Shown here: piece by piece, positions 1 to 11,600 of the stretch | Numbering within the stretch: the stretch's first letter is position 1 | Layout of the letters: every line of letters starts with the position of its first letter | Source of the DNA: Mobula hypostoma | Taxonomy: Eukaryota | DNA length: 64,000 nt | Assembly: GCF_963921235.1 (NCBI RefSeq) | Contig: NC_086105.1 | Span: 102,114,001-102,178,000, forward strand | Direction: 5' to 3' | Notes under the pieces: model-generated | Told to the model about the DNA's origin: nothing | Seen by the model: the letters and a program-made list of their open reading frames with translations, nothing else | The model's database searches: none | Program-made: the position numbers and the translations under genes

Positions 1-586
1 CCATCAGGTTGGAGCCTACCCAGATGGCCACACATTTTAATTCCACATCCCATTCCCATTCTGACATGTCTATCCACGGCCTCCTCTACTGTAAAGATGA
101 AGCCACACTCAGGTTGGAGGAACAACACCTTATATTCCGTCTGGGTAGCCTCCAACCTGATGGCATGAACATCGACTTCTCTAACTTCCGCTGATGCCCC
201 ACCTCCCCCTCATACCCCATCTGTTACTTATTTTTATACACACATTCTTTCTCTCACTCTCCTTTTTCTCCCTCTGTCTCTCTGAATATACCCCTTGCCC
301 ATCCTCTGGGTCCTCCCCCCCCCCGTCTTTCTTCCCGGACCTCCTGTCCCATGATCCTCTCGTATCACTTTTGCCTATCACCTGTCCAGCTCTTGGCTCC
401 ATCCCTCCCCCTCCTGTCTTCTCCTATCATTTTGGATCTCCCCCTCCCCCTCCAAGTTTCAAATCCCTTACTCACTCTTCCTTCAGTTAGTCCTGACGAA
501 GGGTCTCGGCCTGAAACGTCGACTGCACCTCTTCCTAGAGATGCCGCCTGGCCTGCTGCATTTGCCAGCAACTTTTATGTGTGTTA
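1..586 (+). mobile_element. Penelope-like element (PLE) 3' end: GIY-YIG C-terminus plus pseudo-LTR (pLTR) with hammerhead motif
   Basis: ORF 9..194 ends THFNSTSHSHSDMSIHGLLYCKDEATLRLEEQHLIFRLGSLQPDGMN and is near-identical to the copies at ~19310-19856 and ~23290-23835. It abuts a CR1 RT at ~587. Confidence 0.9.
488..525 (+). ncRNA. minimal type I hammerhead ribozyme motif in PLE pLTR
   Basis: TAGTC-CTGACGA-A-GGGTCTCGGCCT-GAAAC-GTC-GACTG: stem I UAGUC/GACUG, CUGANGA core, stem II, GAAA, GUC cleavage triplet. Confidence 0.75.
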
Positions 587-2950
587 CAGTACTCCAAGTG
601 TGGCCTAACCAGAGCTTTATAGAGCTGCATCATTACATCGCGACTCTTAAACTCTATCCCTCGACTTATGAAAGCTAACACCCCATAAGCTTTCTTAACT
701 ACCCTATCCACCTGTGAGGCAACTTTCAGGGATCTGTGGACATGTGCCCCGAGATCCCTCTGCTCCTCCACACTACCAAGTATCCTGCCATTTACTTTGT
801 ACTCTGCCTTGGAGTTTGTCCTTCCAAAGTGTACCACCTCACACTTCTCCGGGTTGAACTCCATCTGCCACTTCTCAGCCCACTTCTGCATCCTATCAAT
901 GTCTCTCTGCAATCTTTGACAATCCTCTACACTATCTACAACACCACCAACCTTTGTGTTATCTGCAAACTTGCCAACTCACCCTTCTACCTCCACATCC
1001 AGGTCGTTAATAAAAATCACGAAAAGTAGAGGTCCCAGAACAGATCCTGGTGGGACACCACTAGTCACAATCCTCCAATCTGAATGTACTCCCTCCACCA
1101 CCACCCTCTGCCTTCTGCAGGCAAGCCAATTCTGAATCCACCTGGCCAAACTTCCCTGGATCCCATGCCTTCTAACTTTCTGAATAAGCCTACCGTGTGG
1201 AACCTTGTCAAATGCCTTACTAAAATCCATATAGATCACATCCACTGGTCACCTCCTCAAAGAACTCTATCAGGCTTGTTAGACACGATCTGCCCTTCAC
1301 AAAGCCATGCTGACTGTCCCTGATCACACCATGATTCTCTAAATGCCTATAGATCCTACCTCTAAGAATCTTTTCCAACAGCTTTCCCACCACAGACTTA
1401 AGGCTCACTGGTCTATAACTACCCGGACTATCCCTACTACCTTTTTTGAACAAGGGAACAACATTTGCCTCCCTCCGATCCTCCTGTACCATTCCCGTGG
1501 ACAACGAGGACATAAAGATCCTAGCCAGAGGCTCAGCAATCTTCTGTCGCCTCGTGGAGCAGCCTGGGGAATATTCCGTCAGGTCCCGGGGACTTATCTG
1601 TCCTAATGTATTTTAACAACGCCAACACCTCCTCTCCCTAATATCAACATGCTCCAGAACATCAACCTCCCTCATATTGTCCTCACCATCATCAAGTTCC
1701 CTCTCATTGGTGAATACCGAAGAGAAGTATTCATTGAGGACCTCGCTCACTTCCACAGCCTCCAGGCACATCTTCCCACCTTTATCTCTAATCCGTCCTA
1801 CCTTCACTCCTGTCATCCTTTTTTTTCTTCACATAATTGAAGAATGCCTTGGGGTTTTCCTTTACCCTACTCACCAAGGCCTTCTCATGCCCCCTTCTTG
1901 CTCTTCTCAGCCCCTTCTTCAGCTCCTTTCTTGCTTCCCTACATTCCTCAATAGACCCATCTGATCCTTGCTTCCTAAACCTCATGTATGCTGCCTTCTT
2001 CCACCTGACTAGATTTTCCTCCTCAGTTGTCACCCATGGTTCCTTCACCCTACCATTCTTTATCTTCCTCACTGGGACAAATTTATCCCTTACATCCCGC
2101 AAGAGATCTCTAAACATCGACCACATGTCCATAGTACATTTCCCTGCAAAAACATCATCCCAATTCACACCCGCAAGTTCTAGCCTTATAGCCTTATAAT
2201 TTGCCTTTCCCCAATTAAAAATTTTCCTGTCCTCTTTGATTCTGTCCTTTTCCATGATAATTATAAAGGCCAAGGAGCGGTGGTCACTGTCCCCCAGATG
2301 CTCACCCACTGAGAGATCTGTGACCCGACCCTGTTCATTACCTAGTACTAGATCTAGTATGGCATTCCCCCTGGTCGGCCTGTCCACATACTGTGACAGG
2401 AATCCATCCTGGACACACTTAACAAATTCTGCCCCATCTAAACCCTTGGAACTAATCAGTTGCCAATCAATATTAGGGAAGTTAAAGTCACCCATGATAA
2501 CAACCCTGTTATTTTTGCACCTTTCCAAAATCTGTCTCCCAATCTGCTCCTCTGTATCTCTGTTGCTACCAGGGGGCCTATAGAATACCCCCAGCAGAGT
2601 AACTGCTCCCTTCCTGTTCCTGACTTCGACCCATATTGACTCAAAAGAGGATTCTGCTACATTTCCCACCCTTTCTATAGCTGTAATAGTATCCCTGACC
2701 AGTAATGCCATCCTTCCTCCCCTTTTCCCATCCTCTCTATCCCTTTTAAAGCACTGAAATCCAGGAATATTGAGAATCCATTCCTGCCCTGGTGCCAGCC
2801 AAGTCTCTGTAATGGCCATCATAATTCCATTTATGTATCCAAGCTCTCAGTTCATCAACTTTGTTCCTGATGCTTCTTGCATTGAGGTACACACATTTCA
2901 GCCCTTCTACCTTACTGTCTTTACGCCGTTTATTCTGCTTCTCTTTCCTC
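587..2950 (-). mobile_element. CR1-clade LINE ORF2 (APE endonuclease + RT), frameshifted, 3' end cut by the PLE
   Basis: Motifs [84 protein letters not shown] spread over several frames. Confidence 0.95.
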
Positions 2951-4672
2951 AAAGCCTCTCTATATATTAGATCAATAATAACAATAATAAACCATGTTAC
3001 CAAATGTTAAGCTAGGAAGATAGGAAATAACCATTTTCAGGAAAGAGGAATTGTTTGAATGGAAGTCAGCAATAACAGCTAGTAACTCCTTAACTTTCCC
3101 TCTCAAACCTCCAGCAGGCTAAAACAGAAATCATTAGCCGAATTACATTACAAAAAATCCAAGGTTGCTCATGATTACATCTCCTTTTGTACCTGGTCAG
3201 AGTGGAAAATCAGGTAAGAGAATTTATCCATAACAGTACTTTGAGACATCGCCATTCTGCTACTGCACTCTGAGCAGTGCAGCAGCAGTAAGTAATGAGA
3301 CATAACACTAGTACTGTACTTGTCGATGTTTAGGATCTGTATTAATCTCTGTAGCTGAAATTGTTCCAAATTTGCTTGTGCTTAGATAGATAACCCAGCA
3401 AGATTACAGCCATTATCTTTTCAAATATTATATTGAGCAGATAATGGACAAGACATTGGTCAAGCAGTGCCTTTTTTCTGGTTGACTCATGTCCCAGAAT
3501 GGCTGAAGCAATATTGTTTTTTTTAAGCATTAAGCATTCAGTCTATTCCTGTGTCAATTAGCCATTGCCTCAGTTTGTATTGAATTTATATAAAACCTTC
3601 CACATCCTCCCAACAGAAACAAAAAAAAATATTGACTGGGAAACCTTCCTCCACTCAGATCTTTATATATCCTTCAGAAAATAGGCAGGACATTGGTTTG
3701 ATGTCTGAACCAAAGATCACACTATAAGATGATGGCACCTGTAAGGCACCCGAGAAACTATAATCAACATTTTGAGATTGAAGTATGGTAGCACATTGCA
3801 GGGAGAATGTACTTTGAAGCACTGGCAGCTCAAAAATTCTTCCTCTTTGAGGTTTAAGTCTCATTCTGTTGAATGAACATCCAAGTGGATATGGTTCCTC
3901 CCATGAGCTCCCCCACACTTCAGTCTTCCAGCAGCCGCCCAGTTCTGTCTGTCATTTATGAAATCTTCGACGGGAAGTGCCCATTAACGTATGCATGTCC
4001 AGAAGAAATTAGTTATCAACTCATCTGAAACCACTGCAAGTCCCTTAACATAGTCCGTAACTCTAGACTGGAAAACCTACTCAGTGCAGAGGGTCTGATA
4101 TCATATGTTTGTTTGGTTTATCTGGGTTTCAAGCCATGTCAATAGAACAGAAGGGCTTGTCATCCAGTACGCAGTAACAGGGTATCATGGAGACTATGGG
4201 ATGCCAAAATAATTCAAGTATCCAAAGGGCCAGTCAAAATAAAGGAAACTCACATGTTCTTGTTAAAACTTGTTGAAATCAATCTAACATTTCACACCCA
4301 TCATTCAGAGGAAAATAAAAAAAGCACATGTAGATCTTATTTTCAAACAGTTGGCGTGTTTACTGTTTCCTCCTGAGCTGGCTTCATTAACTTTGCCTGC
4401 TGAAGATGTATTGGGCAGCTTTTATTTTGCATTTATACGATGATTCATATTCAGCTCTGGAAAAAGAACTGGCCTTAATTCACATCTCCCACAAGAGGTG
4501 GCATTTCTAACAGTATAATGCTCAGAAAAGCAAAGGATATCAGCATGGTTTATATTTTAAGAATTTGTTCTAGATCTTGTATTTGTGACCTTTGCACTCA
4601 GAGTTGGTAAAACCTGAAGAGTGCAGCTAAACTATCATTTCTGATGATATAACTGATGACTCTTACAAATGA

Positions 4673-5146
4673 CACACATCAAAGTTGCTGGTGAACGCAG
4701 CAGGCCAGGCAGCATCTCTAGGAAGAGGTACAGTCGACGTTTCGGGCCAGGACCAAATTTGATGTGTGTTGCTTGAATTTCCAGCATCTGCAGAATTCCT
4801 CGTGTTTGCGTTTTTAAATTCACTACTGCGAAGCCTCTTCTGGTGATGCCTACACTGAAGAAGTTTAAATCTTCTCTTCGCTCCCCATCTCTCGCCGCTC
4901 CCCATCTGTAATTTCTTCGGCTCTTCAACTTTTCGACCACATTTTGACTCAGACTCGCTATCACAGCCATTTTGCCTTTCTTGGAACGTGCCTCTGTCGC
5001 CAACTTACTCCAGTTAGACAAAGGGTCTCGGCTCGAAACGTCGACTGTACCTCTTCCTAGAGATGCTGCCTGACCTGCCGCGTTCACCAGCAACTTTGAT
5101 GTGTGTTGTTTGAATTTCCAGCATCTGCAGAATTCCTCATGTTTGC
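4673..5146. mobile_element. PLE-derived composite insertion (inverted pLTR piece + pLTR/ORF-start + pLTR)
   Basis: 14-bp TSD ACTCTTACAAATGA at 4659-4672 and 5147-5160; pLTR sequence in both orientations. Confidence 0.85.
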
Positions 5147-5503
5147 ACTCTTACAAATGATTGTGTCATTAGAATTTAACCAGCAAAGAACAATAAAATT
5201 ATGTTACATTGTAAAAGACAAAATATGTCCAATTCTTCCAATCATTTGTTGAAAACTGTTTGTGGTTAATATCTGGTCTTTAGTTTTGTGCTCTGTTTTA
5301 TGATCTCGAAGTTCACTGCCAAGATGATACAATATGTCCTTAAAAACACTTGAAAATGTGTAATGAATATTTGGCCTTTTCCTGAAGAAAATTATGGTAG
5401 ACAACATTTTTCTCAGTATATTTTGCTCTAATTCCACAACTATGTAATTATAAACACAAGAATAAGCAGAGAAAACAACAGTACGTAAGTTCAACTTGCA
5501 GAA

Positions 5504-5509
5504 TTTATT
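5504..5509 (-). terminator. probable polyadenylation signal of cox6b
   Basis: AATAAA on the minus strand about 60 nt downstream of the stop codon. Confidence 0.6.
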
Positions 5510-5570
5510 TTGCTATAAGATGCAAGTTTTAAAACCACAGTAATAGTTTTAATATGGTTGCAATAATTGC

Positions 5571-5624
5571 TTAGATTTTTCCAGGAAATGTGCCTTGTTC
5601 CAACTGATCATCCCATTTCTTTAT
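5571..5624 (-). CDS. cox6b: cox6b last coding exon ([17 protein letters not shown])
   Basis: ttttag acceptor at 5625-5630; TAA at 5571-5573. Confidence 0.95.
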   Translation of the reverse strand: MKKWDDQLEQGTFPGKI

Positions 5625-8600
5625 CTAAAAGTACAAAATAACAAAAGTTATTTCACAGTAAATAATTAATGGATTCAGTAAAATTTGATTTTAAATTGAT
5701 CACCTATCTATTTTCTGTAATAAATATAAAATGAAATGCTAAATGTGATCAATTTAAAGTATTAATGTAAAAATTTTAAAAAAACTACTGGTTTAAACTG
5801 GTTAACAAATTAGCCAGTTTGATTTTTAACTTTATAAATGCAGATTATTGCATCACTTACCCATGAAATGGGGCAGATTGACTTGAACACCCTGTGATAC
5901 CATTCACAGGGAGAAGTATCAACACCTTTTGCAGTCAATGCCTTGGTACAACGATGGAAATCTGTAAAACAATTGCAAATATAGCTTGGCTATAATTATC
6001 CAATCACATTCTGTCCTGCCCAGACTCAATTTTGAAATTGACTTTCCTCAATACAGGTGTCTCCCGCTTTTCGAACGTTCACTTTACGAAACCTCCCTGT
6101 TACGAAAGACCTACATTAGTTACCTGTTTTCGCTAACAAGGTGTTTTTCACTGTTACGAAAAAAGGCAGCACGTGCCCCGAGCAGCAAAGCTCCTCCCCC
6201 GGAATTGCATTCTAGCCGGCATTGCTTATACATGTGCCTGTGAGCAGCCGTTTGCAAGATGAGTTCTACGGTATCAGAAAAGCCTAAAAGAGCTCGTAAG
6301 GGTGCTACACTTAGCGTAAAACTAGACATAATTAAGCGTTTCGATTGTGGTGAACGAAGTAAGGACAAAATGAGTTTGGCTTGTGGAAGTTGACGAAGAT
6401 GATGTTGAAGAGGTTTTGGCATTCCATGACCAAGAACTGATAGATGAAGAGCTGCTGCAATTGGAAGAGGAAAAGATAAGAATCAAAACCGAATGCAGTA
6501 GCGAACGGACCGAAAGTGAAGTCGTCCAGGAACTGAACGTGAAGCAACTGCATGAGATGATAGAAAAATGCGCGAGGCTAAGCAGTCAAGCATACTGTCA
6601 TTTTTCAAGCCTTCCATATCAGTCACAGCAGAGGACGAACCCCGACCTTCGACATCGAGGCAGGCAGATATAGAAGAAGATGACCTGCCTGCCCTGATGG
6701 AAACAGACGATGATGACATGACACCCCAGTGTACCACCACCCCAACCCCCGGGCCGCAGACCGATACTTCGCTGCGGAGAATGCACCGGTAGCCGGGACG
6801 CACCCAGCAGATCTTTAAGAAAAAAAGCCGAAATAAACAAGCTCATTAATTACGTGCCGGGCAGCACCTAATTAATTAGCTTGTTTATTTCGGCTTTTTT
6901 CTTAAAGATGTGCTGGGTGCGTCCTGGCGACCGCTGCATTCTTCACGGATTGGTATCGGTCGGCGGCCTGGGGGTTGGGACGACTGCACCACCCCAACCT
7001 CCAACAACTCAGCCTAACAAACCAACATCAGTGTGCTCGATGCTGTCTTCCCAATTCTGGTAAGTGATACTACACTGTACATAACATTATTTCTACTTTA
7101 TATAGGCTGTGTATTTTTATGTGTTATTTGGTATGATTTGGCAGCTTCATAGCTTAAAGGTTACTGGAGAGAATGTTTCTGCTGAGAGTGCTTGCGTGAG
7201 ATTTTCACTACAGAGAACAGTGCAGCAATGATTGTAGAAAAGTATTTCTACTTTATATAGGCTGTGTATTTATCATATCATTCCTGCTTTTACTATATGT
7301 TAACTGTTATTTTAGGTTCTATGTGTTATTTGGTATGATTTGGTAGGTTATTTTTTGGGTCTGCGAACGCTCATAAATTTTTCCTATTTAAATAAATGGT
7401 AATTGCTTCTTCACTTTACGACATTCTGGCTTACAAACCGTTTCATAGGAACGCTCTACCTTCTGATGGTGGGGGAAACCTGTATTATAAACATGTTGAT
7501 GACACAAAGGTTGGGGATGTTGAGGTTAGTGTGGAGGGCTGTCAGAAGTTATAGTGGGACATCGATTGGATGCAAAACTGGGCTGAGAAGTGGCAGATGA
7601 AATTCAACACAGCTAAGTGTGAGGTGGTTCATTTTGGTAAGTCAAATATGATGGCACAATATAGTATTAATGGTAAGACTCTTGGCAGTGTGGAGGATCA
7701 GAGGAGTCTTGGGGTCCGAGTCCATAGGACACTCAAAGCTGCTGCGCAGGTTGAATCTGTGGGCAACCGTGTATTGGCCTTCATTAACCGTGGGATTGAG
7801 TTCAAAAGCCGAGAGGTAATGTTACAGCTATATAGGACCCTGGTCAGACCCCACTTGGAGTACTGTGCTCAATTCTGGTCACCTCACTACAGGAAGGATG
7901 TGGAAACTATAGAAAAGGTGCAGAGGAAATTTAAAAGGATGTTGCCTGGATTGGGGAGCATGCCTTACGAGAATAGGTTGAGTGAACTCGGCCTTTTCTC
8001 CTTGGAGTGATGGAGGATGAGAGGTGACCTGATAGAGGTGTATAAGATAATGAGAGGCATTGATCGTGTGGATAGTCAGAGGAATTTTCCCAGGGCTGAA
8101 ATGGCCAACACGAGAGGACACAGTTTTAAGGTGCTTGGAAGTTGGTACAGAGGGGTTGTCGGGGCAAGATTTTTTTTAAACGCGGAGGGTGGTGGGTGCA
8201 TGGAATGGACTGCCAGTGACTGTGGTGGAGGCAGATACAATAGGGTCTTTTAAAAGACTCCTGGATAAGGACATGGAGCTTAGAAAAATAGAGAGCTATG
8301 GATAATCCTAGGTAATTTCTAATGTAAGTACATGTTCGGCACAGCATTGTGGGTGCTGTAGGTTTTCTATGTTTCATGTTTTAAAAAACTGTCTATTATA
8401 TGACACCTTGTCAAAAAAAGCCTTGCTAAGTTCCACAAAGGCTATTACAAATTGCCCAATCTTAGATGATTCATCTTCAAAAGCAGATCTCCTAAACAAA
8501 TCCAAGCTGACAGTTCTTCAAGAATCTATATTTCCTATGTAGATTGATATTAATGGTACAGTTATGCTATTGTCAAGATTTTTTTTCAATAATTTGTCCT

Positions 8601-11600
8601 CCAGCAGTATAAGGCTGACCTATAGTTAAGAAGTGAACCCCTTTCTTTTGAATAAAAATAGTTCTGCAATTGTAGTTGTCCAATCCCTCACACCATACCA
8701 GAAGGGATTGGAAATTGAAGCTCAGGGCCTCTGTTCCTTCCCTTAACAAGATTTTATATGGACTCGATTTACCTACTCATAAAAATACAATACACTTGAA
8801 ATTTTACCCATGCATATTCTATAATTTAAAATTGATGCAGTATCTACTCATTGGTATTTCTCAAGTTTCTTTCACACTCTAAATACTTTGATTTCCAGGG
8901 GCCTTTGGATTTGAGTTCCACTCTTCATCTGACTTCTATTTGCCCTAAAAACCTGCTATCTCTGCCTCAAATGCTTGTTGCTACTGTAAGACTCAAAAAA
9001 ACTTCAAGTAACTGCTTCCAGACTACTTTGGTAAATTATATTAGACGGCCTTCTCCAGACTGAACTTTACCTACTTATTTCTTTCCAATAACAATCTACC
9101 TAAATGACCAAACTTTCTGCCATAATGGTCTCTTACTGGATTTTCCCCCCCGGTTTCACTCATTAAAGCTTCCACAACAGCCTCTCCTTTAACTGAACAC
9201 TCCACACTAAGTTCTAAATGTAAGAAGTTGGTGTTATAACACCAATTTTACTCCAGTTAATTGGCATGGCCAAAAATGCCTTTTATTCCTTCCCATTAGT
9301 ACTGTACTCAGAAATCTGCCTACATAACTCCTCTTCTCACTCCCTTTGCCATTTTACTTGGAGGAGGGTAGATATCATGGGGCAAATTCATTTACTACTT
9401 GCGACACACACACAATACTGAAGGAACTCAACAGATCAGGCAGCATCTATGGATAATGGATGTTTTTGCCAGAGCATACAAGCTCCTGGGACTTGATCTA
9501 AACATCAAGAAAATCCAAGTCTTGCACCAGCCTGCTCCAGATCAAGCTCCTCACCCTCCAATGACCAAATTCACAATATCTCCCTGCAGAACACTGATCA
9601 TTTCCCATATCTCGGCAGCGTACTTTCTCCAAGAGCCAAGATTGACCTTGAAATAAATAGCAGAATACGCTGTGCAAGTGGAGCTTTTGCCAGGCTGAGA
9701 AACAGTGTTTCTGAAGATCAGGATATCAAGACCAACACTAAGCTTCTGGTCTATTAGTCAAGTCAAGTTTATTGTCATCTCAACCATAAGCTGCTGGTAC
9801 AGTACACAGTAAAAATGAAACAACATTCCTCCAGGACCATGGTGCTACATGAAACAACACAAAACTACACTAGACTATGTATAAAGTTATAGTCCTCCGC
9901 TCCTGCTACATGGACAATATACACTTAAATCCCTAGAAACTACCAACAAAGATGCCGCCGAAAGATTCTGAGAGTTAGCTAGAAGAACAGGTGTACTAAA
10001 TTCAGCATCCTGGAGGAAGCGAACTAACTCCATAGCTACAATTGTGACTCAACACCAATTGAGATGGGTCAGCCCCATCATCCATATGTCTGACTCCTGC
10101 CTCCCGAAACAACTTCTGTTTGACCAACTCAAGTACGCAAAGTGCACTCCTGGAGGGCAGAAAAGCGGTTCAAGGACAATATCAAGACCTACCTGAGGAA
10201 GTGCCACATCAACCTGAATGGATGGGAGAAGTTAGCACAGGATAGGAAAAGCTGGAGAATGGCTGTCTATGAGGGGACTGCACAACTCAAAGAATACCTC
10301 CACTGTGCCGCTAAGACTAAGCGGCTTCAATGTAAGGACAGGCTGGGAAATGCCCAACCAGCTATATCTTTCACCACTTCAATGACCTACACCTGCCAAC
10401 ACTGAATAGGACTTGTGGATCACGGATCAGCCTCTTCAGTCATCTCAAGACCCACAAGTGACCAAATCAACCACAAGAATTATACTTGACTACAAGGGAT
10501 CACTCTTAATGATGATGACTGATGGAAAAGAGTAAACAGCTGACATTTCGGGCCGAGACCCTTCATCAGGACTGATCCTGGTCAGGAGTCCTGATGAAGG
10601 GTCTTGACTGAAACGTTGCTTGTTTGCTATTTTCCATTGATGTTGCCTAAATTGCTGAGTTCCTCTAGCGTTTTTTGTGTGCGGCTTGGATCTTATTACT
10701 TCCTCATTTCAATTAATAATCCCTGATGGTCAATAATTAATTAACTAATGCCCCAATCGCCCTACTCTCACTAATTTGAAAACCAAACAGGAAATTGTGT
10801 TTTTCTTGACTTTTTAAAACAATGTTTCTGTACATACTACTTTCTCCCATGTATTCTCAATTTGTTTGTCTTGCATGATACATTAAACAATACACTTTTG
10901 TTGTCTAGTTTCTTCCCAAACTTAATTAAACTTCCAAACATGCCCATGTTAGAGAGGATGCTGATTAGTGTATTCAGTTCTAAAATAGGAATGCTGCTAT
11001 AACTATCTCCCTCAAAAATGAAACAAAAGTCAAGCTGTTCTCTCAATATTTCAAATTAAGAAAAATAGTGAATCAAGTTAAATATTTAAGACTGAAAAAT
11101 TATGATGAATTCCAATCCCTGTTTTGTTGCATTACTTTGATGAATACATAAAATTCTTTTGATGGTTTAACATTATTAATGTTTCCATCCATATTTCAAA
11201 CTAATTTAGCCACCTCCTAACATAAGTAGCAAATTTCCCAAGATGGCACCATTGAGGGTTTGACCCATCCGACTTCTACAGCTCCTAGCTCCCTTGGAAC
11301 CAGTCCCATTCCCCAGGAGAGCCCCTCCTGCAGCATCTCTCTTCTTGGGTAATATATACATTATCCTCCTATTTCTATGCTCAGTATTGCAATCATCATC
11401 ATCATCAGGTGCCATGCGCAGTTTGAGCTTTGACTGCCATGGCCCACACACTCCTGTTTCGGGTCAAGTGGATCAATTCATTGGTATTCATTTCCAGTTC
11501 TCTGGCTGCTGTCTCCATCATCATTTGTCTTTGTCTTCCTCTTGCTTTCTTCCCTTCAATCTTTCCCATAATTACCGTGCATTCTAACTCCTCTTCCCTA

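Noticed and set aside
3956-3985. NGHFPSKIS* resembling the COX6B C-terminus as an alternative last exon
   Set aside because: In-frame stops lie between it and the nearest acceptor; the true last exon is 5571-5624.
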